Under the pieces are notes generated by a model. That model was not told the origin of the DNA, searched no databases, and saw only the letters and a program-made list of their open reading frames with translations. The position numbers were made by a program, and so were the translations under genes. A stretch of 64,000 nucleotides of DNA from Clostridia bacterium (lineage in GTDB: Bacteria; Bacillota; Clostridia; Oscillospirales; CAG-272), in assembly GCA_017631855.1 (NCBI GenBank), contig JAGBSP010000064.1:7809-71808 (forward strand), in the 5' to 3' direction. Within the stretch, counting starts at the first letter, position 1, and each line of letters starts with the position of its first letter. Shown piece by piece: positions 8,245 through 17,741 of the stretch.

Positions 8245-9003
8245 TTACAATCTCACGTTAATATTTTCATTCGCAAGCTTTTGCTTCAATTCTTTGATAT
8301 CGACCTCTCCAAAATGGAAGATCGATGCGGCAAGTCCTGCATCTACCTTTGGAAGCGTGTGGAATAGCGTTACAAAATCCTCCATACATCCAGCGCCACC
8401 CGATGCAATCACGGGAACGTTGACGACCTGACAGACCGCGTTCAGCATTTCAAGGTCAAATCCTTGCTTTACACCGTCGGTATCGATGCTGTTTACAACG
8501 ATCTCTCCCGCGCCGTTTTCAACACCGCGCTTGATCCATTCAATCGCCTCGATTCCCGTATCCTCACGTCCGCCCTTGGCAAAGACGTGAAAAGTACCGT
8601 CAACGCGCTTCATATCCACAGACAGGACAACGCATTGATCACCGTATTTCTTTGCGGCGTGATAAATCAAATCAGGATTGGCGATCGCACCTGAATTCAC
8701 ACTGACCTTGTCCGCACCACATTTGAGTACGCGATCAAAATCATCCAAAGTACGAATACCACCGCCAACGGTGAGCGGAATAAAGACACGCTCTGCCGTT
8801 TGACGAAGAATATCGGTAAAGAGAGAACGTTCCTCACAAGACGCCGTAATGTCGTAAAATACGAGCTCGTCTGCACCGCATTCACTGTAAAATTCTGCCA
8901 AGGAAACGGGCGAGGATACGTCCCTCAATCCCGCAAAATTCACCCCCTTGACCACGCGTCCGTCGCGAACGTCAAGACAAGGGATAATTCTTTTTGTAAT
9001 CAT
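8245..9003 (-). CDS. hisF: imidazole glycerol phosphate synthase cyclase subunit
   Basis: KRIIPCLDVRDGRVVKG, GADKVSVNS, ASGGAG; 252 aa. Confidence 0.95.
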   Translation of the reverse strand: MITKRIIPCLDVRDGRVVKGVNFAGLRDVSSPVSLAEFYSECGADELVFYDITASCEERSLFTDILRQTAERVFIPLTVGGGIRTLDDFDRVLKCGADKVSVNSGAIANPDLIYHAAKKYGDQCVVLSVDMKRVDGTFHVFAKGGREDTGIEAIEWIKRGVENGAGEIVVNSIDTDGVKQGFDLEMLNAVCQVVNVPVIASGGAGCMEDFVTLFHTLPKVDAGLAASIFHFGEVDIKELKQKLANENINVRL

Positions 9004-9722
9004 AACGTCTCCTTTGCTGCAAGAATGGCATCGGAAAGATTGACAGCACCGATATAAATTGCTTTTCCAACGATTGCTCCGTAAAGCTTCATTGCCGTCA
9101 GCGCGGAAATATCATCCATCGAGGAAACACCGCCCGAAGCAATAATATTCAAAGAAAAGCGTTCACTCAGCTCGCGATATAAATCACGATTGGTGCCCGA
9201 CATCATTCCATCCTTGGAAATATCGGTACAGATAATCGTTTTGACACCAAGCTCCTGCATTTTTTGGCAAAAATCAAAGCAGGAAAGCGCAGATACTTCC
9301 AGCCAACCTTTAATTGCCACCATCCCGTCTTTGATATCTACGCCGACGGTAACGTGTTCTCCGTACGTCTTAACCGCTTCTTCCAAGAATGCAGGATCTG
9401 TGACAGCCGCTGTGCCGATAATTACACGATCAACTCCGATTTCTACGTACTTTTTAATCGTGTCTATATTGCGAATACCGCCGCCAACCTCTACAGAGAG
9501 CGACGTTTGCTTTACAATCTGAGCAATCGTTTCAAAATTGGCGGTACTTCCCTCTTTTGCTCCGTCGAGATCAACGACGTGCAAGAGCTTGGCACCCTGA
9601 GCCTCAAAGCTTTTTGCCACATCCACGGGCGAATCACTATAGACCGTTACTTGATTATAATCGCCCTTGACCAAACGAACGGCTTTTCCGCCGATCAGAT
9701 CAATAGCAGGGATAATATTCAT
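9000..9722 (-). CDS. hisA: ProFAR isomerase
   Basis: MNIIPAIDLIGGKAVRLVKGDY, HVVDLDGA, GGGIR; 240 aa. Shares an ATGA overlap with hisF. Confidence 0.95.
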   Translation of the reverse strand: MNIIPAIDLIGGKAVRLVKGDYNQVTVYSDSPVDVAKSFEAQGAKLLHVVDLDGAKEGSTANFETIAQIVKQTSLSVEVGGGIRNIDTIKKYVEIGVDRVIIGTAAVTDPAFLEEAVKTYGEHVTVGVDIKDGMVAIKGWLEVSALSCFDFCQKMQELGVKTIICTDISKDGMMSGTNRDLYRELSERFSLNIIASGGVSSMDDISALTAMKLYGAIVGKAIYIGAVNLSDAILAAKETL

Positions 9723-9731
9723 ACTTTCTCC

Positions 9732-10343
9732 TTAGATTTCACAAAATGCGCGCAGGATCGCAAGACCGATCTTACCGCTTTTTTCGGGGTGAAATTGCGC
9801 GCCCCATACGTTTCCGTTTCGGACTGCCGCCGTCAATTCGGCACCGTACTCTGCCGTAGCAATGACGTAATCGTCACAGTCTGCGGCATAATAAGAGTGT
9901 ACGAAATAAACGCAATCTCCTTCATTCAAATAGGAAAACAATTTGTCCTTCGGGGCACGAAGGTGCAACGGATTCCATCCAATGTGCGGGATTTTCAAAT
10001 CCTTTGGAATCACGTCGGCAATCGGTCGAACAGCACCCGGAATCAAACCAAGCCCCTCGTGCTCGCCGTATTCATAGCTCTTTTCAAAGAGCATCTGCAT
10101 ACCGAGGCAAATTCCCAGCAAAGGCTTTCCCTTCTTTGTTTCTTCCAAAATAACTTGGTCCAGACCGCTTTTTCTCAGCTTTTCCGCCGCATCGGCAAAG
10201 GCGCCGACACCCGGAAGAATAATGCGCTCCGCATTTTGAATTACCGCAGGGTCTGAGGTCACGACAATCTCGGCACCAATGGCACCAAAAGAGCTTTTGA
10301 GCGAAAAAAGATTTCCTACACCGTAATCAACGATCGCGATCAT
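9732..10343 (-). CDS. hisH: imidazole glycerol phosphate synthase glutaminase subunit
   Basis: IAIVDYGVGNLFS, the catalytic Cys in GICLGMQ, and FHPEKS; 203 aa. Confidence 0.95.
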   Translation of the reverse strand: MIAIVDYGVGNLFSLKSSFGAIGAEIVVTSDPAVIQNAERIILPGVGAFADAAEKLRKSGLDQVILEETKKGKPLLGICLGMQMLFEKSYEYGEHEGLGLIPGAVRPIADVIPKDLKIPHIGWNPLHLRAPKDKLFSYLNEGDCVYFVHSYYAADCDDYVIATAEYGAELTAAVRNGNVWGAQFHPEKSGKIGLAILRAFCEI

Positions 10344-10930
10344 ACGAGCATTCCTTTCGTTGAGGGAATCTTCCCTGCCTTTTCGGGATCAAGCTTTACC
10401 GCGTCGTGCATTGCGTGAGCAAACGCCTTAAAAGCGCCCTCGATGATGTGGTGAGAATTCGTACCTGCCATCTGTTGGAAGTGCAAGCAGATTCCCGCGT
10501 GGCGAACAAATGCCAAGAAAAATTCTTCTACAAGCTCAGTATCAAAGCTACCGACCTTTTCGGTGGGAATGATCAAACGGTATCCGAGATAATCACGTCC
10601 CGAAATATCCATTGCGCAAAGAATCAGCGCCTCATCCATCGGAAGGATCATGCTTCCGTATCGCGTAATTCCGCGTGCATCTCCAATCGCCTTGGAAAAT
10701 GCCTGACCGAGGCAAATACCAATATCCTCTACGGTGTGGTGGTCATCAACCTTCACGTCGCCCACGCACTTCACCGAAAGATTCATATTACCGTGAGAAG
10801 CAAACAACGTCAGCATATGATCTAAAAAGCCACAGCCGGTATCAATCTCCGCTTTTCCTTCACCGTCGAGTTCTAATGCGAGTACAATGTCAGTTTCTGC
10901 TGTTTTTCTGATAATTTCTGCATTTCTCAT
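10340..10930 (-). CDS. hisB: imidazoleglycerol-phosphate dehydratase
   Basis: RKTAETDI, DHHTVEDIGI, NSHHIIEA-like motifs; 196 aa. Confidence 0.95.
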   Translation of the reverse strand: MRNAEIIRKTAETDIVLALELDGEGKAEIDTGCGFLDHMLTLFASHGNMNLSVKCVGDVKVDDHHTVEDIGICLGQAFSKAIGDARGITRYGSMILPMDEALILCAMDISGRDYLGYRLIIPTEKVGSFDTELVEEFFLAFVRHAGICLHFQQMAGTNSHHIIEGAFKAFAHAMHDAVKLDPEKAGKIPSTKGMLV

Positions 10931-10943
10931 TGATTTATTCCTC

Positions 10944-12011
10944 TTATTCTTTCGTAATGATCGAAGAAATCGTTTTCACAAGCGTTTCCATCTGCTCTTT
11001 TGTTCCTACCGTAATTCGGTTGTAATCACAAATTGCGGGAGAATCGAAATGACGTACCAGAATACCTCTCTCCTTGAGGGCAAGATACAACGCCTTGCCG
11101 CCAACACGTTCGTGCTTGGCAAAAATAAAATTCGCACGAGAGTCGGTGCAAGTGAAGCCAAGCGCTCTCAGCTTTTCCTGCGTCCATTCTCTGATAGTTG
11201 CAATCGTTTTACAGTTTTCCATATAATACGCATCTTCGTCGATTGCCGCTTCTCCTGCACGTAAGGTCAAACGGTTAATGTTATACGGATTGGTAGAAAA
11301 CTTGATTTTTTCAAGATCGGTAATCAATTCGGCGTTGCCAAAGGCAAAACCAAGTCTGGCACCTGCCATGGAACGGGATTTTGAATAGGTGCGAACTACT
11401 AAAAGATTGTCGTAACGGTCGATCAGATCCACGCAAGATTCCGCACCGAAATCAACGTAAGCTTCGTCGATTACGACAACAAAATCGGGATTGGCGCGAA
11501 CGATCTGTTCAATCTCCGCGTGCGAAAGCGCAAGTCCGGTCGGCGCATTGGGGTTGGCAATCACAACGTTGGCGTTATTCCCAAGATAATCTTCTACACG
11601 AATAGAAAAATCCTCGGCAAGCGGAATCGCTTCGTAAGAAACTCCGTAAAGCTCTGCATAAACACGGTAAAATCCGTAAGAGATGGCAGGAAATTTCACG
11701 GGATGATCCGCATCGTTACAAAACGCCATAAAGGAAAAATTCAAAATATCGTCCGATCCGTTGGAAACAAATACGTTCTCGGGTTTGACCGAATAAAGCT
11801 CGGAAAGCTTTTTCTTTAAGGTAGAGCAAACGGGATCGGGATAAAGATTGAGCTTTGCGACTTCTTTCGAATTCACCGCGTCAAGAACGCTCTTGGAGGG
11901 CGGGAACGGTGACTCGTTGGTATTTAGCTTGATATATTGCATATCCTTCGGCTGTTCACCGGGCGTATACGCCTCCAAGGCTGCAAATTTTTGATTCATA
12001 AAGCGACTCAT
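10944..12011 (-). CDS. hisC: histidinol-phosphate aminotransferase
   Basis: 355-aa class II aminotransferase. LNTNESP and the PLP-lysine region RTYSKSRSMAGARLG are present. Confidence 0.93.
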   Translation of the reverse strand: MSRFMNQKFAALEAYTPGEQPKDMQYIKLNTNESPFPPSKSVLDAVNSKEVAKLNLYPDPVCSTLKKKLSELYSVKPENVFVSNGSDDILNFSFMAFCNDADHPVKFPAISYGFYRVYAELYGVSYEAIPLAEDFSIRVEDYLGNNANVVIANPNAPTGLALSHAEIEQIVRANPDFVVVIDEAYVDFGAESCVDLIDRYDNLLVVRTYSKSRSMAGARLGFAFGNAELITDLEKIKFSTNPYNINRLTLRAGEAAIDEDAYYMENCKTIATIREWTQEKLRALGFTCTDSRANFIFAKHERVGGKALYLALKERGILVRHFDSPAICDYNRITVGTKEQMETLVKTISSIITKE

Positions 12012-12016
12012 AGCGA

Positions 12017-13300
12017 TTATTTTTCCTCAGCAAATCGAATGACAGCGCTCTTGGCGTGTGCGCCGAGTCCTTCTTTGTTTGCAAAGAACTCAATGTCTCG
12101 GCAGACCTTGCCAAGTGCTTCTTCGGTATAATAGGTAAACTGTGTTTTCTTAATAAAATCATCTACTGACAAAGGACTCGAAAATCTTGCTGTTCCGCTG
12201 GTCGGAAGCGTGTGGTTCGGACCTGCAAAGTAGTCACCGAGTGCTTCGGGGCAGTATTTGCCCATAAAGATCGAGCCTGCGTGCTGAATTTTATCCAGAT
12301 AACGGAAGGGGTCGTCCACACAGATTTCCAAATGCTCGGGAGCAATGCTGTTTGCCACCTCAACCGCTTGTAAAATACTGTCGGTAATAATGATCTTTCC
12401 GTTGTTGTCGATCGATGCGCGCGCAATTTCCGCACGAGAAAGCATCGGAATTTGAATCTCAAGCTCTTCTGCAACCTTTTCTGCCAATTCGGTGGAATCG
12501 GTCACGAGAACGGCGCTTGCCATTTTGTCGTGCTCTGCCTGAGAAAGCAGATCTGCCGCTACGTATGCGGGGTTACAGGTCTTGTCTGCAATGACGAGAA
12601 TCTCACTCGGACCTGCGATCATATCAATGGCAACCTTGCCAAAGACCTGCTTCTTTGCTTCTGCTACAAACGCATTGCCGGGACCTACGATCTTATCGAC
12701 TGCTGGAATTGTTTCCGTACCGTATGCCAACGCCGCAACCGCCTGCGCGCCACCAACCTTGAAAATCCGCTTGACACCTGCAATCTTTGCCGCTGCCAGA
12801 ATGACAGGATTGACCGTTCCGTCCTTGGTGGGAGGCGTGACCATCACGATCTCGTGACAGCCGGCGATCTTTGCGGGAATTCCGTTCATCAATACCGACG
12901 AAGGATATGCCGCCGTACCGCCCGGAACGTAAAGACCAACCTTTTCGATGGGAATGATCTTCTGACCAATCACAACGCCATCCTTTTCATTGATCATAAA
13001 ATTGTTTCTGACCTGTCTGGAATGGAAGGCATAAATATTTTCTGCCGCTTCCTTTAAGATCTCTAAAAATTTGGGTTCAACCGAAGCAACAGCGGCTTCG
13101 ATCTCTTCTTCCGAAACCTCCAAGGAGCTCAAGGTTGCACGGTCGAATTTTTCACAATACTCGTAAAGCGCCGCATCTCCTCTCGACTTCACCTCGGAAA
13201 TGATTTCGGATACAACACCCTCTACGTTTTTTGTGCTGGCAATATCTCTCGAAAAGATCTCAGATCTGTCGATTTCATTATAACGAAACAGACGAATCAT
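12017..13300 (-). CDS. hisD: histidinol dehydrogenase
   Basis: GPGNAFVAEAKK, AGPSE, QAEHD, APEHLE motifs. The start is set at ATG 13298-13300 directly after GGAGGAA; the track's TTG at 13312 lies inside that RBS. Confidence 0.93.
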   Translation of the reverse strand: MIRLFRYNEIDRSEIFSRDIASTKNVEGVVSEIISEVKSRGDAALYEYCEKFDRATLSSLEVSEEEIEAAVASVEPKFLEILKEAAENIYAFHSRQVRNNFMINEKDGVVIGQKIIPIEKVGLYVPGGTAAYPSSVLMNGIPAKIAGCHEIVMVTPPTKDGTVNPVILAAAKIAGVKRIFKVGGAQAVAALAYGTETIPAVDKIVGPGNAFVAEAKKQVFGKVAIDMIAGPSEILVIADKTCNPAYVAADLLSQAEHDKMASAVLVTDSTELAEKVAEELEIQIPMLSRAEIARASIDNNGKIIITDSILQAVEVANSIAPEHLEICVDDPFRYLDKIQHAGSIFMGKYCPEALGDYFAGPNHTLPTSGTARFSSPLSVDDFIKKTQFTYYTEEALGKVCRDIEFFANKEGLGAHAKSAVIRFAEEK

Positions 13301-13315
13301 AGTTTCCTCCAAAAA

Positions 13316-13954
13316 TTATTTGTTTTCCTGTAAGACTCGATTCATCTGCTCGCAGATGGCACGAATACTCTCGTTTTTAAACTTATAGCTGACCTTGTTG
13401 GCAATCAGTCGAGCACTGATCGAAACGATATCATTCTTCGGTTCAAGATCATTCTCATACAAGGTTTTACCCGTTTCCACGATGTCCACGATTACGTCGG
13501 AAAGTCCCAGAATCGGCGCAAGCTCAATCGAACCGTTCAGCTTGATAATATCGATTTCACGGCTAAGAGATGCGTAATAAGAACGCGCAATGTTCGGGAA
13601 TTTCGTGGCTACCCGAAGCGTTCTGTCACGAGGATCGCAAAAATCCTTTTTGGCGGCAACCGCCATACGGCATTTTCCGATGCCAAGATCGGCAAGCTCA
13701 TAAATATCGGGCGAATATTCAAGGATAATATCCTTTCCCGCGATTCCGATATCTGCCGCGCCGCGTTCTACGTAAATCACGACGTCGGACGGTTTGACCC
13801 AAAAATACCGAACGCCAAGCTCCGTATTTTCAAAGATCAGCTTTCTGCTTTCTTCGCGAATGGAAGGACACTCAAATCCTGCCTTTTCAAACATACCGTA
13901 CGCTTTTTCGCCCAAGCGTCCCTTGGGAAGCGCAATATTAATCATTGGTTTCAA
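13316..13954 (-). CDS. hisG: ATP phosphoribosyltransferase, short (HisZ-dependent) form
   Basis: INIALPKGRL N-terminus; 212 aa with no C-terminal regulatory domain. The start is either TTG 13954 or ATG 13945. It overlaps the hisZ stop at 13938. Confidence 0.92.
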   Translation of the reverse strand: MKPMINIALPKGRLGEKAYGMFEKAGFECPSIREESRKLIFENTELGVRYFWVKPSDVVIYVERGAADIGIAGKDIILEYSPDIYELADLGIGKCRMAVAAKKDFCDPRDRTLRVATKFPNIARSYYASLSREIDIIKLNGSIELAPILGLSDVIVDIVETGKTLYENDLEPKNDIVSISARLIANKVSYKFKNESIRAICEQMNRVLQENK

Positions 13955-15065
13955 GAGTTTGCAATCCTCCCTCGGTTAATTTTAAAAGTTTACGGAAACG
14001 CAAGCTTTGATCGGGCGATTTGGTAGTCAATACCGAAAATCCGTTGGTAATCAATTCGTTCTGCGTCTTCAAAATCATTTCTAAGGTTACGTCGTCATCA
14101 TACAGAAGCACAACGTCGGTATCATATTGCTTTTCTACCCATTCAAAGCGCTCCAGGCGGTCAAGATACACGGCAAAGCCAATCGCACCCATATTTTTGC
14201 TCAACTGTTTCATCAAGCGATCGTAACGTCCGCCCGAAAGAACACTTTCCGAAATTCCGTTGATAAATCCCTGAAAGCTCAGGCTATCGTAATAGGTCGC
14301 ATCGTTCACGATCGAAAAATCGAGATACAAACGATCCGAAAGACCATACTCGCGCATCACCGCATGAATCTTGGAAAGCTTCTCGTACGCCACTTGCATC
14401 TTTTCTCCCACAATCAACGTGGAAAGCAGAGGCAACGCTCGCTCAATCGGAAGATACATTTCCGTCAATTGACTCAGCTTCAACTGCATCTCGAGCGATA
14501 CGCCTCTTTGCTTACAAACCGAAACGAGCGCATTGACGTTTTTGCTTTCGATCAAAGAAATCATTTCAGCTCTGGTTTCTTCGTCTACCATCGCCTCTTC
14601 GAGAAGTCCCTCGACCATTCCCATATGAGAAAGATCCAGAATATAGTCGGCGCTGATCGTTTCCAGACTTCGCATCGCCAACATCAGAACCTCGCATTCA
14701 GCATACAGATCAATCTCTCCGATGCACTCCAGTCCCGTTTGCATAATTTCTCGAAAACCGTCACTGTCTGCCGAGGTACGGTAAACGTTTTCGTTATAGC
14801 AAAGCTTGTGCGTTCCTCCGTCGTTTTGCGGAATATGCTTGATGATGGACAGAGTTACGTCGGGCTTGAGCGCTAACAGCTTTCCGTTCGTATCTGTGAA
14901 GGTCAGTACGTTTTGACTGACCAAAAAGTTTTTGTGGCGAGAGTAAAGATCGTACTCTTCGAATTTACTGACCTTGTAATGTGAATAACCGTATTTTTTA
15001 TATAGTGCACGCAATTGATAAATCGCACGTTCGTCGTTTTTTAATACGTTTGCCGAAACATTCAT
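13938..15065 (-). CDS. hisZ: ATP phosphoribosyltransferase regulatory subunit (HisRS paralogue)
   Basis: 375-aa class II aaRS-like core (LRALYKKYGY..., GGRYD) with no anticodon-binding domain. Positioned immediately before a short hisG. Confidence 0.9.
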   Translation of the reverse strand: MNVSANVLKNDERAIYQLRALYKKYGYSHYKVSKFEEYDLYSRHKNFLVSQNVLTFTDTNGKLLALKPDVTLSIIKHIPQNDGGTHKLCYNENVYRTSADSDGFREIMQTGLECIGEIDLYAECEVLMLAMRSLETISADYILDLSHMGMVEGLLEEAMVDEETRAEMISLIESKNVNALVSVCKQRGVSLEMQLKLSQLTEMYLPIERALPLLSTLIVGEKMQVAYEKLSKIHAVMREYGLSDRLYLDFSIVNDATYYDSLSFQGFINGISESVLSGGRYDRLMKQLSKNMGAIGFAVYLDRLERFEWVEKQYDTDVVLLYDDDVTLEMILKTQNELITNGFSVLTTKSPDQSLRFRKLLKLTEGGLQTLETND

Positions 15066-15355
15066 TTGTTTTCCCCTTTGAGTTTTTCCAATACCTTAGC
15101 ATATCCGCCCGTACCGTATACGTACGCGCGATTCACGCGACTGATCGTTGCCGTACTTGCACCGGTTTCCTCTACAATCTTGTTATATACCGCCTGCTCC
15201 GAGAGCATTTTTACGACGAGCAAGCGTTGAGAAATATCATCCATTTCTTTTCTTGTCATCAAATCTTCCAAAAACGCCGCACATTCTTCTCTGGTTTCCA
15301 AAGAAATCAGAGCTTGAATCAACAATTCATAGCCTTGATCGTTGAAATTTTCCAT
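15062..15355 (-). CDS. yerC: YerC/YecD-family TrpR-like DNA-binding protein, putative his operon regulator (HisR)
   Basis: 97 aa. LEDLMTRKEMDDISQRLLVVKML...ETGASTATISRVNR is the TrpR-like HTH of the YerC/YecD family. It is the first gene of the his operon, with an ATGA overlap onto hisZ, and has GGAGG 6 nt before its ATG. Confidence 0.85.
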   Translation of the reverse strand: MENFNDQGYELLIQALISLETREECAAFLEDLMTRKEMDDISQRLLVVKMLSEQAVYNKIVEETGASTATISRVNRAYVYGTGGYAKVLEKLKGENK

Positions 15356-15369
15356 ACGTAGCCTCCGTT

Positions 15370-15405
15370 CGCTTTAATACTTTACTATGATAACACATTA
15401 AAGCG
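15370..15405 (-). promoter_or_regulatory. candidate operator: 9-bp perfect inverted repeat spanning the his promoter
   Basis: CGCTTTAAT (15370-15378) and ATTAAAGCG (15397-15405) are separated by 18 nt. One arm lies in the -35/-10 spacer; the other lies between the -10 and the RBS. Confidence 0.45.
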
Positions 15406-15415
15406 TTAAAGTCAA
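15387..15415 (-). promoter_or_regulatory. sigma-A-type promoter of the yerC-his operon
   Basis: On the minus strand: TTGACT (15410-15415), 17-nt spacer, TATCAT (15387-15392). The leader is only about 30 nt. Confidence 0.6.
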
Positions 15416-15439
15416 TAGCTTTTTTAAATTTTTTTACGA

Positions 15440-16099
15440 TTACAGTAATTTTTGATCGTTGATAGTTAATTTGAATTTTAACCCCAACGTTTCTGCTGCT
15501 TTTCGGCAAAGGATCATACGTCCAAGAAAGATTTCAAAATAATCCATCACCGAGCTGTATTCGGTTTCAATCGTTAAAGAAAGTAAAATTTCTTTCCGTT
15601 CTAGAGAAATATGCAATTTCGAGGATACAACCGAATAATTTACACGGTCATGGATATCAAAGGTGGAGACATCTTGATTTCGAACGCGGGTACGGCGCAC
15701 ATCGGATTTGTCTGCCAAAATCAGCGCGGCAGCAATCGGATTAACGGGGACTCCGGTTCCTTCATCGTGATTTCCAATCGCGGTCACGATGGTTGCAATA
15801 TCCTCCGGTGGCATTCCCATTCGGTCAAGAATACGAAACGCCATCAGTGCTCCGCTCTGCGAATGATCAATGCGATTGACAAGATTTCCGATGTCGTGCA
15901 TATATGCCGCAATTTTTCCAATTTCGATATCATGCTTGGAAAAACGCAAGGCAGTTAAAATATCCTCAACCGTACTTGCCACCTTGCCGACGTGTGCAAA
16001 GCTATGTTCCGTGTAGCCAAGTGCCAACAGAGATGCGTCCGCTCCTTTGATATATTCGCCAATGTCCTTGTTCGCGGTAATGTCTGAATACGTGATCAT
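15440..16099 (-). CDS. HD-domain phosphohydrolase
   Basis: HSFAHVGKV...AAYMHDIGN...GNHDEG HD-superfamily metal-binding pattern; 219 aa. RBS GGGGAGAG. Confidence 0.8.
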   Translation of the reverse strand: MITYSDITANKDIGEYIKGADASLLALGYTEHSFAHVGKVASTVEDILTALRFSKHDIEIGKIAAYMHDIGNLVNRIDHSQSGALMAFRILDRMGMPPEDIATIVTAIGNHDEGTGVPVNPIAAALILADKSDVRRTRVRNQDVSTFDIHDRVNYSVVSSKLHISLERKEILLSLTIETEYSSVMDYFEIFLGRMILCRKAAETLGLKFKLTINDQKLL

Positions 16100-16127
16100 A
16101 TTTCTCTCCCCTCTCTTTTACAAAAAG

Positions 16128-16160
16128 ATACCGCAAAAGCCTGAAGTCTGTTTGCGGTAT
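16128..16160 (-). terminator. rho-independent terminator after the peptidase gene
   Basis: ATACCGCAAA (16128-16137) pairs with TTTGCGGTAT (16151-16160). On the minus strand the stem is followed by CTTTTTGT. Confidence 0.7.
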
Positions 16161-16186
16161 GGATTCAAATCAGAGTTCTGTTGTGG

Positions 16187-16663
16187 TTATAAACGATGAA
16201 AAAGCTTTCGTTTTATTCTGCGAAAAACTCGTTGAATAAAGCGAACGCAATGCCGGTAAGGAAGAAAGCACCAGATACATACGTAGCATCGGTAGCGAAG
16301 CGAGGTAGGATCAATTGTCCGTTCTCCTTTATGAATCAGAGAAACGTAACCGATCAATTGTTCAGGCAAAATGCCATACTCTAACTGCGTTTGATTATCG
16401 CCGCACATCACAAATGTTCCGTCCTTTTTTATCTTCAAAATGCGATGAAGAACAAACGCACCGTTTGCTCTGCGATAAAAAGCAATATCATATTTCTTGG
16501 GTGAGACCGATCCGTATTTTTTTAATACCACGCGGTCTTCCCCCTGAACGATCAGAGGAAGCATACTCGTTCCTTTGGGGGACAAAAGAAATTCTCCGCC
16601 GCTTTCCAATACCTCTTCGATGACCCCAATAGCATCAGATAAATAAAACTCGCCGTTATTCAA
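16187..16663 (-). CDS. S24/S26-family Ser-Lys peptidase-like protein
   Basis: PKGTSMLPLI (nucleophile Ser), VLHRILKIKKDG (general-base Lys region) and CGDNQ match the signal-peptidase/LexA-type layout. 158 aa with a basic C-terminal tail. TTG start at 16663 with GGAG 9 nt upstream; it overlaps the PqqD stop. Confidence 0.7.
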   Translation of the reverse strand: MNNGEFYLSDAIGVIEEVLESGGEFLLSPKGTSMLPLIVQGEDRVVLKKYGSVSPKKYDIAFYRRANGAFVLHRILKIKKDGTFVMCGDNQTQLEYGILPEQLIGYVSLIHKGERTIDPTSLRYRCYVCIWCFLPYRHCVRFIQRVFRRIKRKLFHRL

Positions 16664-16919
16664 GGATGTTTGCTCCTTTTAGAACCTCTACAAAGCGATC
16701 AAAATCAGCTTCCACGGTTGCTCTGTCCACGTCATATTCCTTCAGCATCGATTCGATGGCTTCTTCCCGTTCGCAACCGGCGCTCAAAAGTTCCCAGATC
16801 GAACGACCGCTATCGTTGAGTTTAATAATTCCATTAAAAATTTTGCTTGCCTCACCAAGCGCAACAACTACGTATTCTCCTGCCAATTCTCGGAGAACAA
16901 ATCCGCTTTTGATTTTCAT
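16656..16919 (-). CDS. PqqD-family protein (RiPP recognition element-like peptide chaperone)
   Basis: 87 aa. FVLRELAGEYVVVALGE...IKLNDSGRSIWELL...EYDVDRATVEADFDRFVEVL fits the PqqD/RRE pattern. Confidence 0.75.
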   Translation of the reverse strand: MKIKSGFVLRELAGEYVVVALGEASKIFNGIIKLNDSGRSIWELLSAGCEREEAIESMLKEYDVDRATVEADFDRFVEVLKGANILE

Positions 16920-16936
16920 AGTGCAAATTCCTTTCG

Positions 16937-17653
16937 TTAGGTTGATGATCCATTCATTCCTTTATACGCCACCCCGGCCGCTTCCTCAGAGATGTTGCAT
17001 CCAAGCAAATAGCAAGGAACCTCTCGAAGCATTCGATCCAATAACGGGAACAAAGCGTCTACCGTTTTTAGGTCATCGGGAGTCAGCAACTGATGAAAAA
17101 TTTTTCCGATCGCTTCTTTGGGCTCGATTTTACGAATGGTATTGACGGAAGAACGCTCCAAAAAGCAAATTGCTTTTAATGGAACACTTGCATTCGTATG
17201 CCAGCCCTCTTTTCCACACCACGGTGTTCCAAAGGCATACAGCCGATCGTCCATAAACCTCAAAATCGGTTTATCTCCGTTAATAATTCGAACCTCTTCT
17301 CCAAAATGCTTTTTCCAAAGTGAGATATGCGTTGATTTTCCTGTACCACTGTGCGCAGCAAAGGCATATCCTTCTCCGTTGTACTCAATAACAGCAGAGT
17401 GCATCAAAAAAGATTGAAAATGCTCGGGAAGCTGGCGACAGATTTTTCGGTAAATACATACCGCCTCCGCATAATCCTTGGTAACGGGATGTTCTGCGAT
17501 TGCAATCTCCTCCGCGATTTCTTGATCCTCTACCCGAATATAAAGCTCAGGAAGTTCATCCGTTTCAAAAAGATACTCTCGGCAAAGGTGAAATACGTAT
17601 GCGTAGGCATTGTCAATACGGATGTGAATATTTGCAATTCGTATATCAAACAT
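16937..17653 (-). CDS. HPr-kinase-related P-loop protein (HprK C-terminal domain-like)
   Basis: Walker A AHSGTGKST, then INGDKPIL and GTPWCGKEG. The start is set at ATG 17651-17653 (MFDIRIANIHIRID...); the track start at 17707 lies inside the upstream hairpin. Confidence 0.7.
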   Translation of the reverse strand: MFDIRIANIHIRIDNAYAYVFHLCREYLFETDELPELYIRVEDQEIAEEIAIAEHPVTKDYAEAVCIYRKICRQLPEHFQSFLMHSAVIEYNGEGYAFAAHSGTGKSTHISLWKKHFGEEVRIINGDKPILRFMDDRLYAFGTPWCGKEGWHTNASVPLKAICFLERSSVNTIRKIEPKEAIGKIFHQLLTPDDLKTVDALFPLLDRMLREVPCYLLGCNISEEAAGVAYKGMNGSST

Positions 17654-17701
17654 AATTTCCCCCAAAAAGCAAGATTCTCTGCGGTGCAAGAGAAGCACAA
17701 A

Positions 17702-17727
17702 TACCATGCCCCGTAAATGGCATGGTA
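17702..17727 (-). terminator. hairpin after the membrane-protein gene (weak terminator)
   Basis: TACCATGCC (17702-17710) pairs with GGCATGGTA (17719-17727) around an 8-nt loop. On the minus strand it is followed by TTTGTGCTTC, a poor T-tract. Confidence 0.4.
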
Positions 17728-17741
17728 CTTGTATAAAAACA

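Noticed and set aside
9264-10256. A 330-aa plus-strand ORF across hisA/hisH.
   Set aside because: It is a shadow ORF opposite two clearly identified his genes.
15356-15439. A T-box, attenuator or riboswitch leader for the his operon. The same was considered for serC at 53943-54047 and trpS at 55171-55205.
   Set aside because: The distance from the predicted -10 to the start codon is only about 30-55 nt in each case. That is far too short for these RNA elements, and no specifier or antiterminator structures are visible.
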